This document shows, in pieces, positions 13,301 through 24,520 of a stretch of 64,000 nt of DNA. Numbering within the stretch: the first letter of the stretch is position 1; the number at the start of each line of letters is the position of its first letter. This DNA comes from Tubiluchus corallicola. Lineage: Eukaryota; Animalia; Priapulida. Position numbers and translations under genes: made by a program. Below the pieces are notes generated by a model. The model had not been told where the DNA came from and searched no databases. It worked only from the letters and a program-made list of their open reading frames with translations. The stretch is from contig JAQGDQ010001036.1 of the NCBI GenBank assembly GCA_030141605.1, positions 1 through 64,000 on the forward strand, in the 5' to 3' direction.

Positions 13301-16300
13301 TAAGAACTTGCTAAATGTGTATGAACAGGTGGAAAAGTATTGAAGAACTTGCTTAATGTGTATGAACAGATGGAAAAGTATTGAAGAACTTGCTAAATGT
13401 GTATGAACAGATGGAAAAGTATTGAAGAACTTGCTAAATGTGTTTGAACAGATGGAAAAGTATTGAAGAACTTGCTAAATGTGTATGAACAGGTGGAAAA
13501 GTATTGAAGAACTTGCTAAATGTGTATGAACAGATGGAAAAGTATTGAAGAACTTGCTAAATGTGTTTGAACAGATGGAAAAGTATTGAAGAACTTGCTA
13601 AATGTGTATGAACAGGTGGAAAAGTATTGAAGAACTTGCTAAATGTGTATGAACAGGTGGAAAAGTATTGAAGAACATGCTAAATGTGTATGAACAGATG
13701 GAAAAGTAATGAAGAACTTGCTAAATGTGTATGAACAGGTGGAAAAGTATTGAAGAACTTGCTAAATGTGTATGAACAGGTGGAAAAGTATTGAAGAACT
13801 TGCTAAATGTGTATGAACAGGTGGAAAAGTATTGAAGAACTTGCTAAATGTGTATGAACAGGTGGAAAAGTATTGAAGAACTTGCTAAATGTGTATGAAC
13901 AGGTGGAAAAGTATTGAAGAACTTGCTAAATGTGTATGAACAGGTGGAAAAGTATTGAAGAACTTGCTAAATGTGTATGAACAGATGGAAAAGTATTGAA
14001 GAACTTGCTAAATGTGTATGAACAGATGGAAAAGTATTGAAGAACTTGCTAAATGTGTATGAACAGATGGAAAAGTATTGAAGAACTTGCTAAATGTGTA
14101 TGAATAGGTGGAAAAGTAATGAACAACTTGCTAAATGTGTATGAACAGATGGAAAAGTATTGAAGAGTTTGCTAAATGTGTTTTTTATAAGTTCAGCACA
14201 GTGCACATGCTCAATAGCATGTTGGCAGTGTGGCAGGACTGGACACTATCTCACCTCACTACCAACAATGATCTTCTAAAATGATATTCTGAATTCGCAG
14301 AGAAATGTTATCGCACACAACGATTGTATTTCAACTCCTTGCCTCCAAGAATAAAATTACTATAGCTCTATTATATCGGGTGGAGCATAAAAAACGTGCC
14401 AAAGCTTAGACTAGAATAACGTTAGAAGCAAGAGCCCTACAAGCTCAAAATTCCACAGCACGATTTCACAGTTCATTGGCTTATGGCGGAGAAAGTTTCA
14501 AGTTTATAGATTTAGCAATTTTTAAGTTGTGACCAAAAAACTTTTGGATTTTAAAGATTTAAAATGCTGGAATAATGCCAACTAATTGTCATTTGAAAAA
14601 TCGACACGATAGGTAAAACACATTCAACATGGCGGCAAAACAATAAAGAAATTAATCAGTTTATATAATGGTGGTATTCGCCTCAAAAGTAAAGCACTTG
14701 CTAATATTTGTCGTCAAGAAAAAATGTAACTCAATTCTCTGGACTACGGTATCTGGAATTTCCTTAACCCTTTCACTACGGAAGGCGGCACACTACCACC
14801 CATGTTTTTCATAAACGGGACAGAAGGTGGTGGACTGCCGCCAAAGCTCAGCACTAAGCGCAGTCACCCAGGTCTGTTTATTTCACTGCTACAGCCACGC
14901 AAAAATATTGTAGAGAAGTCTAACAGCCGTGGGATTGGGGTTGCTTGGCAACAAGTAATGCTAACCAGCGAATCAGTGTCTGAAGCCAGGTGCATTCCAC
15001 AATACTGTACTGTATAGTACGTTCTCACGCAAAACTGCTTGTTGATAGTTGATGAAATGCGCGTTTAGTTGATTGTTCTGCATTCTTGTAAAAAGATTGC
15101 ATATTATGGATTAGTATTGTGTCCTTTGTGAAAACTGATTTCCAAATATAAGTACACGCTTATTTATGAAGGTGTGCACGTGTGTAGGTGCATGAGTGCA
15201 CGTATGTGTGCTCGTGTGTGTTTGCATGTGTAGAAACAAAACTAATATTTAATATTGGTACTCAATGACGAACAACTACTTGTTTATTTACAAGATTTTG
15301 TTTCAGTAACACACCACAAGAAGTTATTGTCAAATGTGCAAACATCAATGTGGCCCAGTCAAAAAGTAACAACGTAGTGAAAGGGTTAAAGAAAAAGTAC
15401 ACAATGGCTGCACAGAACAGTTCGATCTAAAGCAGAGGAACCAAGGGCAAAAACTCTTGCAAGTCCGAATGAAAGACCCTCTTAAGGAAGTGAGAAAGTC
15501 TATAAGCTGTTGCAAGAAACACCTACATCTAGTTTACGCTGAAATAGTGGACATACACTGACCACTCACTGTAAATTTGAACAGTAGTGACACAGTTAAG
15601 CTGAGTTTTTCCGACATTCATTTTTTTTACTCGTTCTTTTAAATCTTCTGTATCTTTGGAAAGATCTAATCAAATGATCTAAAATCATTTGTGTTTTATG
15701 CACAAATGTCTGCAAAATTAGTGTGGTAATATTCAAGCGATTCTGTTATTTTCTTTGTACAATATCGTGTACGAAACTTTGGCACATTTTTTTGTGTCAA
15801 CTTATATAAACCTACTTTTTCCCCATGCAGGTGGCTTGTATATTCGTTGTTACCACCATGAATACGCTGGGTGGTAGTGCTAGGTAGAACAGCCGATTGG
15901 CAGCAGCCTTTCCCTCAAGCCTCTCTATGGCTGCGTTGAGCTTCGCGAACGCCTCTTTCTGGTCGTAAGCTCCGGCTAAATAACTGTTGACAGACCAGAA
16001 TTTCTCCAGTTTGCCTTTGTCTTCGCTTTTTACCTGTTTAATAACATGACAGTAAAGAAAATGACGGGGCGCATTTCCAGTAAGCCTGAACATGAACAAA
16101 AATTTAAGATCGATGGTGAACTTTTAATTATAGAAAAGAATCAATATCAGAAAGATTTTTTTGTTTTACAAAAATTTTTCACATTGGAAAAATGAATCCT
16201 AATTCCATTGAACATTGTCTTTAAGAGGCAAAAAGCACAAGCTTAAGATGTAAAAACACAAGCTTAAGATGCAAAAATCACAAGTTTAAGATGTAAAAAC

Positions 16301-16798
16301 ACAAGCTTAAGATGCAAAAAACACCAGCTTAAGATGCAAAAAACACAAGCTTAAGATGTAAAAACACCAGCTTAAGATGTAAAAAACACAAGGCTAAGAT
16401 GCAAAAAACACAAGCTTAAGATGTAAAAAACACAAGTCTAAGATGCAAAAAACACAAGCTTAAGATGTAAAAACACAAGCTTTAATTTCCATTTTTGTCC
16501 AAAACATATAATTGACTATTGGCGAATTAGCAGTGATAAAAACCATCAATATTATCAAGACTTTAGCTAAAACAGATATGCAAAACTATACCTTCATATA
16601 CGGTTCAGCCTTTTTTCTAATGTCACTCACAGTTAAGTTTGACCTGGCATAGCCAATGAAAGATGTACCATTTGGAATCAACCCAGTGCTATACAACAAC
16701 CTGTGCAGTAAAAACAACTTCATTTTTCAGAAAAAGTAACAAACAGCTCAGTGTTTTGGATGCGTTTATCAAAAAACTTTTATGATTTAAATATATAC

Positions 16799-16831
<33 letters not shown>

Positions 16832-17097
16832 TGTATGTATGTATGTATGTATGTATGTATGTATGTATGTATGTATGTATGTATGTATGCATCATCTTCA
16901 CCATCACCATCATCACTCATCATCATCATCATCATCACTCATCAACATCATCATCATCATCATCACCACCACCACCATCATCATCATCATCACCACCACC
17001 ACCACCATTATCATCATCACCATCATCATCACTCATCAACATCACCACTCATCATTATCATCATCACCACCATCATCATCATCATCACCACCATCAC

Positions 17098-17159
<62 letters not shown>

Positions 17160-17273
17160 CCACCACCACTACCATTATCATCATCACTCATCAACATCAC
17201 CACTCATCATTATCATCATCATCACCATAATCATCATCACCACCATCATCATCATCACCACCATCATCATCAC

Positions 17274-17305
<32 letters not shown>

Positions 17306-20300
17306 CCACAACCACTGCAAACATCCACACAATTTCTATTTCAGCTTTTCTCACAATACGAGGTTACATACACTACCCATTACAGAAAACAAATTTTTTG
17401 ATACATGTAAACAAAATTCTAGGTTCTTGTATGGGGACATTTGGCCCCGGCAAGCCGAATGGTGGAAAAATGGAAACAACTTTTGGCTAAATATGAAAAA
17501 CAATTGTGGGATAATTAGTTCCTAAACTGAACAACAAGATTTAGCGCTGTTCGCAGAAGTTAGATGATTCATCAAACATAGGGTCAGAACCCCACTTCCT
17601 GCATGAAAGACCCGCATTTTTGACATTCACAATGGCGAGTGTTTTTATGTGGCTACACAACGGCAGTGCAGTGCATCCTGTTCCACCAGGTGGCAAGAAT
17701 GTTTTGAATTTTAAGTATTTTCCTTTCTAATTATATAAGTCCTTTAAACAGATAAGCATAATGCTAAGTAATATAACTTTCTATGGAAAATCTGTCCTAG
17801 CACATTTTCAAACCAGCACCTATCCAACTGCTGGTCAATACTCTCTCTGCTTAACTTCTTCTCACAGTGATTCTGAGCTAAATCGCAGGGAGAATATGAA
17901 ATCATAATTGTTAGAATGTGCAAGACTGCGTTTAACACTTTCAGGCTTCAAAGTTCCCCGCCCTCACAAACCCCAATAGTTTAACCCTTAGCCAGCCAGG
18001 GGGTTTTTATATTACGATAATGACCAAGCGGGGTAAAAAATTACCACATGAAAGTTTTGCTTAATATGTGTTAGTATCTGGATAGAATGACCAATTAGGA
18101 ATTGAGGTGCTCCTATTTGTACAAAACCAAGTTCTCTGGCAAGTTGGCATAGATATATGAGGGCACCAAGGATAAAAAGAGGCTTTCACTGTTGCAGTAT
18201 ATTGTTTATGCTATATTATTTATGCTTGCAAAAATTTTTGTAATAGCCTAATGATGTTCACTGTTTAGTTCTAAGGCATCCACTTCAATTGCTGATCTTC
18301 TCAAATTTCATCTTCATCAGCTTCAAACTTAATCACCTGTACAGTTAAAGTTGCCACTATATTACTAAACGAAGAATGTCCACAAACTTTAGTATGAAAT
18401 TTTCTCAACAGATCGTTAGAAAAATCTGTTTGCAGAACTGCAAGCCGAATTGGAGGTTTGCAGCACTTCTCAGTAAAAGTAAACACACATGGTGTTGACA
18501 GAAAGAAAAACACTGCAAAGTAAATTCCAAAATTTTGCCTACATAAAAGACCTATGGGGTAGTAAGTTACCCCGTGTCAGGTCGTATCTGGCACCCGTGC
18601 TTTGCGAAAAGGCGTGAATAATACTTTTCAACAAAACCAAGGTATGGTTGCATAAGAAACTGAAAAATATTTGTTCACTACTAGTTTGCAAATTTCTCAT
18701 AGTCTGCATCAAAATAAAAATGAGAGCTAACACTCCCGAGGTATTTTTACCCCACCGTGGTCGGTTAAAGGTTAAGCCACCTCCAGTATCCCAATTGTCC
18801 ATTTTTTCAGGTTACAACCACTTAATGGTCATACATGCAAACAGAACTGAGCAGAATGTAAGCTCATGTTTAAGCTTTCTAGTACTGACCGAGGGTCACT
18901 TATTACGGGGATCATGCAACTGTAACTTACCATAATGTTGGATAAATTTTCTTCTTGGCCAAGTCACCCTGAAATGATAAAGAATGACCTTCCGGTAAAA
19001 CATGCAGGAAACGTGCACAAAGGGACTGTACTTCTATGTCATTATCAAAGAAATTTGAATTTTACTTTAGAACAATGTCACAGTTTCAGAAGACATGTAT
19101 AAAGTAGCTACAGTATTAGCAAGAATGAGCCATAGTTTTCCAAGCCAAATCACTAAAGATTTAAACATTATCAGTTTTTATGTAAAGCAACTTATTCAGG
19201 ACCATTCAGGAAACTTGTTATGATGGCTACATTACTACCATCAATTATATTTAAATGTTCTATACAATTATAGTTATTACTACAAGTATAGTGTATAATT
19301 TAATCTCTTCTCCCCCACTTAAATTTGGGTACATATATGTGTATATGTATATCATTGTATATACAAGTAAGCAATATGGTACATTGTAATACAAGTAAGT
19401 GGTGCATTGACAGATAATCACGTAATTCATATTCGTAACTATTTAAAAAAAATTCACTCTTTAAGGGTCACTCAAAGTCGTAATTACATATTATGTTTTC
19501 CTTTCTCAACTTTCAGGTTTATTGCTCTTATACCATTGCTATTATTACATCATTTACTTCATCCTTATTTACATTAAGTTATCTACAGAAGCATGCATAA
19601 CTATAATCATTTTTTCATTTAAGTAAGATGAGTGTGTTAACCTGCCCTGACCTAATGACCGTATGGTCGTACACTCTCCTCGCACTACTCAAATTATTTT
19701 ACTTAAAGTTTATTAATGTGTTTGATATTATATTTTTGATGTGTGAAATAAAATTCATAGTTCATAGTAGTTCATAGACAAGATCATGAGGGGGCCTCAG
19801 AAGGAACCACCCTCTAACTCGCCCACACGTATCTTAAATATTTTTTACTCGTGATGTATTTTAAGCGACATTTACACAGCTTAAATTAAATTATTGCAAA
19901 TTCTTTAAATAAACTAGAATAACCATCTTTTGTTTGTCGATAAAAACATTCTTTACCAAATACCACTATTTTACTATTCATTGCAAACAAGATTAGCACA
20001 TATTTCAACACAGTTGATGTGAAAAACAGATTTTTTACAAAGTATTACCAAATCCCGGAGGGGGGGGGCAAGCTTGAGGGGTTTTATGATGCAGTCTATA
20101 CTACCCTGGATAATTCTGCCCTGGGTAATTATTAGCAACAAGAATGAACAAGTATGGCAAATTTAGATCTACAGCCCAGCATTACTACAGCTGTAATTCA
20201 TTTAGAGAAAACTGATAGCATCAAAACTAGGTCTGCCCCCTGGTCAAGGCTTGCTAGCTGTGTAAAGAAAAAAAACTGCTGACTCATGATTCACTAGGTA

Positions 20301-21359
20301 CAGCTAGGCAGCAACGTTCAGTATAGAGATTAGTGAAGCTATTGGCTCTTGTTTATTCACTGAAGAACCTGAAAATGACGGCTGGAAAGATTTTGACAGC
20401 AATTGTTAGTGAAATTGGTCACTGCTACACACAGGGAATGGTAACACAAAACTCTTTGCTGTTAAATAATTTAATCAGTTGCTCAAAACGCCTTTATAAG
20501 TTAGTAACATAATATAATGCTAGACTAGTGACTTCAAAACAAAGTAAGCTTTGGCATGAAATCTAAATGCTATTTTTAGTTTAATCAAGATTGACCTTAT
20601 TTTGTTGCCCGCTAATTAAAGTACATGTATTCAACATGGGGGTTCAAGGGGAGCCAGCAACAAATTACAATTTTGTGACCGTAGAGAACCTCTAAGTGGA
20701 CTTAAAATATCAATTACCTTGTTTCATGCATAATTTAAAATACCCAACTATCAAGGATACATGATACCTAATTGTGTCAAAAATGCCTAAGTACTGGCTG
20801 CACCTATGCAAAAGTATATAAAAACTGTCTGCAATTGACTCAAATAACTCCACACAAGTGATTCCATATTTTTATACACAGAGATATACACGTGGTTACA
20901 TTGATGTACGTGATGTAAACTAAGTGACGGCCTGCCAACTAGCGGTCAGCTTGTGAAATAATGTACTGGGTCTGTAAAAATTTTCTCAACAAATTTGCGC
21001 GGTTTACAAAAATGGCACTACTGGTCTTCCAAAAACTCGGAATTCCGCATATCCGCAAAAAATTCTCATCCCTGTACAAAGCTGATGTTTCACACTTCTA
21101 TACTAATAATGCTACTTCTGTCGGGTTAATAGGTTCACTCGGTTAACTGGGTCAAAATACTTCCATCCCAAAGCCAGTCTGTTAAGCGGCGCCTACCATA
21201 GTTCATTTTGCAAAACTGTGCAGAGTATTGGAAATGCAATTAAGAGCTACGAAAACTCACCGACGCGCCCATGATCACGAATACATGAGGAATGTGTAGC
21301 TCTTCATCACACAAATCTTTTCTAATCAGTTCAACGCCAGTCTGTTCCCCGGTGGCCAT
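1293..21359 (-). CDS. G6PD: Glucose-6-phosphate 1-dehydrogenase, complete spliced CDS (left copy), 12 coding exons, 507 aa
   Basis: Hand-spliced GT-AG exons: 21261-21359, 18931-18968, 16592-16700, 15816-16033, 11452-11610, 10494-10619, 9600-9693, 8566-8692, 7292-7381, 4750-4955, 4210-4379, 1293-1380. Total 1524 nt in one open frame. Motifs: GASGDLAKKK (NADP binding), [14 protein letters not shown] (active-site peptide), [20 protein letters not shown]-terminal SRGPKEAD...YKW. Confidence 0.97.
1433..3481 (+). repeat. 33-bp minisatellite in the last G6PD intron (about 60 units)
   Basis: Unit CTCACTAAACAATCTCACTCAACCTCATTTCAT; a different subtype (...CTGAATCTTATCTCAG) from about 3120. Confidence 0.97.
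3637..3940. mobile_element. MITE-like element with ~40-bp terminal inverted repeats
   Basis: ctccatgcagtgtcaagcagatgtttaacatttagaacg (3642-3680) pairs with cgttctaaatgttaaacgtctacttgacactgcatggag (3897-3935). Confidence 0.7.
4210..4379 (-). CDS. G6PD: G6PD coding exon 11 (left copy)
   Basis: 170 bp, [38 protein letters not shown]...PYVYG. Confidence 0.96.
4750..4955 (-). CDS. G6PD: G6PD coding exon 10 (left copy)
   Basis: 206 bp, [20 protein letters not shown]...[13 protein letters not shown]...ELDLTY. Confidence 0.96.
4969..5436. mobile_element. CAGGG-ended MITE with 6-bp TSD (hAT-like), full length
   Basis: TIR CAGGGAT...ATCCCTG with TSD AAACAC on both sides; mirror at 63062-63529. Confidence 0.85.
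6040..6544 (-). mobile_element. 5'-truncated LINE 3' end with 12-bp TSD and an internal 3x74-bp tandem repeat
   Basis: TSD TAATCTTCGTTA at 6028-6039 and 6545-6556. The minus frame [29 protein letters not shown] resembles a LINE ORF2 C-terminus. AATAAA lies near the 3' end, and the 74-bp unit starts at 6134, 6208 and 6282. Confidence 0.7.
6941..7243. mobile_element. Same CAGGG MITE family, internally deleted
   Basis: TIR CAGGGATGAGAAT...ATTCTCATCCCTG; flanks gtaatt/ctaatt; mirror at 61258-61560. Confidence 0.85.
7292..7381 (-). CDS. G6PD: G6PD coding exon 9 (left copy)
   Basis: 90 bp, [29 protein letters not shown]. Confidence 0.95.
8566..8692 (-). CDS. G6PD: G6PD coding exon 8 (left copy)
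   Basis: 127 bp, VKVLKSMP...VLGQYVGNP...[10 protein letters not shown]. Confidence 0.95.
9600..9693 (-). CDS. G6PD: G6PD coding exon 7 (left copy)
   Basis: 94 bp, [31 protein letters not shown]. Confidence 0.96.
10494..10619 (-). CDS. G6PD: G6PD coding exon 6 (left copy)
   Basis: 126 bp, [13 protein letters not shown]...[20 protein letters not shown]. Confidence 0.96.
10647..10870 (+). mobile_element. 5S-rRNA-headed SINE (SINE3-type), short family with (GAA)n tail
   Basis: Degenerate 5S at 10647-10763 (ctgatcagtgaagttaagca...ttagtacttggatg...gaataccaggtgctgtaggc), then a ~90-bp body and gaagaagaagaag; mirror at 57631-57854. Confidence 0.75.
10871..10960 (-). mobile_element. Possible tRNA-derived SINE head fragment
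   Basis: Pol III B-box GGTTCGAATCCC on the minus strand; no intact cloverleaf. Confidence 0.4.
11146..11284. mobile_element. Same CAGGG MITE family, 139-bp deletion derivative
   Basis: Both TIRs present; flanks aaaaaa/aaaaaa; mirror at 57217-57355. Confidence 0.8.
11452..11610 (-). CDS. G6PD: G6PD coding exon 5 (left copy)
   Basis: 159 bp, [14 protein letters not shown]...[14 protein letters not shown]. Confidence 0.97.
12961..14180 (+). repeat. 41-bp minisatellite, about 30 units, in a G6PD intron
   Basis: Unit GGAAAAGTATTGAAGAACTTGCTAAATGTGTATGAACAGRT. Confidence 0.97.
14376..15804 (+). mobile_element. Degenerate Tc1/mariner-superfamily transposon
   Basis: Imperfect TIRs (aaaaaacgtgccaaag ... 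ctttggcacattttttt) with TA flanks. Removing the nested insertion restores [16 protein letters not shown], which resembles the SPDLNPxD/E..W..LK transposase motif. Mirror at about 52697-54125. Confidence 0.7.
14768..15385. mobile_element. piggyBac-like MITE nested in the mariner remnant
   Basis: TTAA|CCCTTTCACTACG ... CGTAGTGAAAGGG|TTAA; mirror at 53116-53733. Confidence 0.85.
15816..16033 (-). CDS. G6PD: G6PD coding exon 4 (left copy)
   Basis: 218 bp, contains [14 protein letters not shown]. Confidence 0.95.
16232..16481 (+). repeat. 21-22-bp tandem repeat, about 11 units
   Basis: Unit AAAAACACAAGCTTAAGATG(T/C)A; mirror at about 52020-52269. Confidence 0.9.
16592..16700 (-). CDS. G6PD: G6PD coding exon 3 (left copy)
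   Basis: 109 bp, [36 protein letters not shown]. Confidence 0.95.
16802..17313 (+). repeat. Compound microsatellite, (TATG)n followed by (CAT/CAC)n
   Basis: Directly visible; source of the spurious poly-His/Ser/Ile ORFs; mirror at 51188-51699. Confidence 0.97.
17985..18771. mobile_element. Older piggyBac-like non-autonomous element
   Basis: TTAA|CCCTTAGCCAGCCA ... TGGTCGGTTAAAGG|TTAA with degenerate TIRs; mirror at 49730-50516. Confidence 0.55.
18931..18968 (-). CDS. G6PD: G6PD coding exon 2 (left copy)
   Basis: 38 bp, [21 protein letters not shown] boundaries. Confidence 0.95.
20656..21074. mobile_element. Same CAGGG MITE family, one end missing
   Basis: Aligns by eye to about 5018-5436; mirror at about 47427-47845. 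Confidence 0.8.
21261..21359 (-). CDS. G6PD: G6PD coding exon 1 (left copy)
   Basis: [33 protein letters not shown] followed by a GTGAGT donor. Confidence 0.9.
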
Positions 21360-22049
21360 GATGTCTTCAACGGATATCGATGGACGGTGTAACAGGTAGT
21401 GAAATACAATAGTCTACTATGAATAAAATGTTTTTTTTGTCAAACATTTAAATAAAAATAGGCATATTTTCCACCCAATATACACAGTTCAAATTAAACC
21501 GCACAAAACCTTATAGTTACATCCTAACACGTTAGTCAACATAATACATAAACAGCACATATATAACACAAATACATAACCAGATAATGTTCTCATACAT
21601 GCATTTGTACTGGAAATCTTGCATTAGCGTACTTAGCAGCCTTCGCTTGTTGTCGACTTTGGCCACCTTGTAGTGATTTTTGGCCTAATCACGTGATCAC
21701 TTTGATCTGCGTCAGAGGCCTACTGTGAAGTGAAGACGTGTCATGATAAGTTATATGATATTGTCGTTATCTGTTTACAATTGCTCATGATCTGGGGCTA
21801 ATAACACATGTATATCCTCTAATTACTTTAAAAAACTTAAATTTAGTTTAAAATAATGGCTAGGTATTAATTAATACGACAGTGCAGTGTATAACTCTTA
21901 ATTATGTAAAATTGACTTTTGGCTATTGTTATTTTTTATTTGTTATTTGTTGGCACTAATTTCTTATTATGTTTAGATGGAATGACATGTTTTGGGTAAT
22001 AAAGAGCAAAATTTAATCGAGGCTTTGAATTTCTATTTGGCTTTTGAAA

Positions 22050-22545
22050 GCCCAAACAGGATTTGACATATAATTCAAAAATTTAAAAAGAAATACAGAG
22101 CAATGATTCTCAACAAGTACAACACTTCCTAATTTCCCACACCTACTGCAGCAATCATACCACAATCCTGGTACAGATTATGCAAAACAAGGCATCATTG
22201 ATAAATCTTTAGAGCTGATGTCAACATAGCACAATCTATTATCTTTCTTCCTACCATTTCCACTAACACATCCTTCTACCCTTCCTGTGTGGTCTAACCT
22301 TTCTCCCAGTTCTTTTTTTTGTTCACTCATCCATTCTTTTTTTATCGTGTTTACATGACAGTGGGCTTATACAAGCCTTTGCTTCTCTAGCCCTACTGCA
22401 GTACAATTATTCTTTTATGATAACGATAGTGTATGAAAGATAACAATTTAATACAGTATGATGTAATAATTTTGATGTCACTGTGTGTTTAATGTCACTA
22501 TAGTGTACTGAATGTGATAATAATAATAAATAAAAAAATAAAAAA
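22050..22545 (+). mobile_element. Probable LINE 3' tail fragment
   Basis: tacaagcc...gctt stem motif, AT-rich tail ending in AATAAA and an A-rich run; boundaries approximate. Confidence 0.4.
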
Positions 22546-24224
22546 CTATTTCTCACGAAAAAAATAAATGATTACAGCAAATTTGGCAAAAGCACGAGTG
22601 CGTTCATTTAGGTGAATTGAAAATTTAATTGCTGTAAATTTAATTGTGACACACAAAAACCTTCCCGGTATTTATTTTTTCACTTGTTGTTCAAAATCTT
22701 CTGTATCTTTAGAAAAATCTAAGGAAGCTTTTGGTATTTATATATGCAAGTGCAGCATCAGTGTGTGGTAATTCTTACACACATCCAGCATTTTCATCTT
22801 ATAATATCATGATAAAAATTCGGCACATGTTTTGCACCAAATGATATTTTACGTGTAACTTGTAAAGAAGAGCTAAAACTACCTCAAGGTTAGACAAAAC
22901 ATGTAGGCTATGGTGTAGGACCTGCAGATATAACTGACAACCTGCCGCATGTTTTATTCAAATGTAGCTATAACAGCATAGGCCTAGTAGTTATTAGAAA
23001 TTATGACACAATACTTTCCAATCTTCAGTTAAACGTACAACACAGTTTTAGTCAATCTAGGAAATAGTGGATTTACAGCAACAAAATTAAATAGTATAAA
23101 AACAGTGTAACAGGGTCACGCAAGACAAATGGAAACCTCATAAACGTTGGTAAGCATGAAAGTTTCATATTCTGAAAGATGTACTACTACTAGTTTGCTA
23201 TACTGTCCATTTTAATTAATATTTATAATTATCAAACTGATCACTGGCACGCTAGTCAATTTTTTTGATGTCCAGTTTACTGCTTTGTTTACCTATCTTG
23301 GTGGGAGATTTTTTTTAATTATAGAAATCCACATGCCTAATATCTGTAGTTTTAGATGTAATGAGCTTTCGAGGTTGTAACTGACACTAGAACCAGAAAA
23401 CACCCATTATATGCATTATAACACCTTCTGTAGGTAAACACAGTTTATCAAGATTCAGCCGCATTTTGGATAGCAGTCAGATGTGTACACTAATACACTA
23501 ACCGCCAAGGCAAACACAGGTCAATTATCTTGAGTTCCAGTCCTACATATTCTAGTAAAACCACAACATCAATGATAACAACTAACAACACGAACCGAAA
23601 GCAAAACAAAAAGGGATCCACAAATTCCAGCAACAATCACTGACATTCATTCAGTCTTTAACGTGTATAGTATCGGCTTACGATTAGCCTACAGCTGCAG
23701 CCACGAATGCTCGAGTAATTACAACGCTTCTTCACGGCGAGCCACGCGTATCATGAAAACAAAAATTTTAATAATAAACGATAGAAACGTGACAGACTAG
23801 CTGCTAACACCTTGAAAGCTTCGCCGGAATCTGGACTTGCTTTACTTGCTGCAGCTCGAGCAGCTGATGTACCTGGCTGACCAGCCTTTCTGAGAATTAA
23901 AAGTTGAAAAAGTTGAAATTTTGGAAACCCAGACACACGCCGATTAGTTCTACTTACTTATGCCCATTGCTCACACATCTGTTTGTACAAGTATTATAAT
24001 TACAAACTTTATACAGATTTGCAATTATTATAAAAACAAGCAAAACTTTTATCTGCAAATGGAATGAAAAGTTTTGATAAGCTATGGCTACGAGATTGTT
24101 TGATAGATTTATGGCAAATGAGAGTACAAGAAAATGATTTAAATTTAATTATAAAAAGGCTACAGTGAAAATTGCCTCACCAGTTGGAATAATGTAAAAG
24201 TTTATTGATCTGGATCCCACCTTT

Positions 24225-24520
24225 ATTTCTATTCTCGAGCAAAAGCATGAGACTGCTGACCTAAGACCTTGTGAACTGCTTCAAAATTAGCAGCGGAAAT
24301 ACTGTTCTGACTGAGACAGTCTTTTTTCCAGGCCTCACAGAGTACTTCGTGGCCATGAGTCTAAGCTAGTATTATATGCAACCAGCAGGAACCAACGTCA
24401 GATCACACTTCTTTGGGCGCCATGTAGTTCAATCATGGAATCATCTTTCATCATCAACCATAAGTGCTTCATCAGTTGACAGCTTCAAAAGGCATATGAG
24501 AGAGGACTGTTTACAGATAG
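24225..24520 (+). mobile_element. Degenerate CR1/L2-group LINE ORF2 3' end
   Basis: Frameshifted translation ...RGHESKL...RTNVRSHFFGRHVVQSWNHLSSSTISASSVDSFKRHM matches the CR1-type C-terminus; mirror at about 43981-44276. Confidence 0.7.

Noticed and set aside
12961-14180. CRISPR-like array (also considered for 1433-3481)
   Set aside because: Units abut with no unique spacers, the context is a eukaryotic intron, and no cas genes are present.
16689-17525. His/Ser/Ile-rich ORFs of 159-240 aa (and mirrors at 50976-51812)
   Set aside because: They are translations of (TATG)n and (CAT/CAC)n microsatellites, open in all frames inside a G6PD intron.
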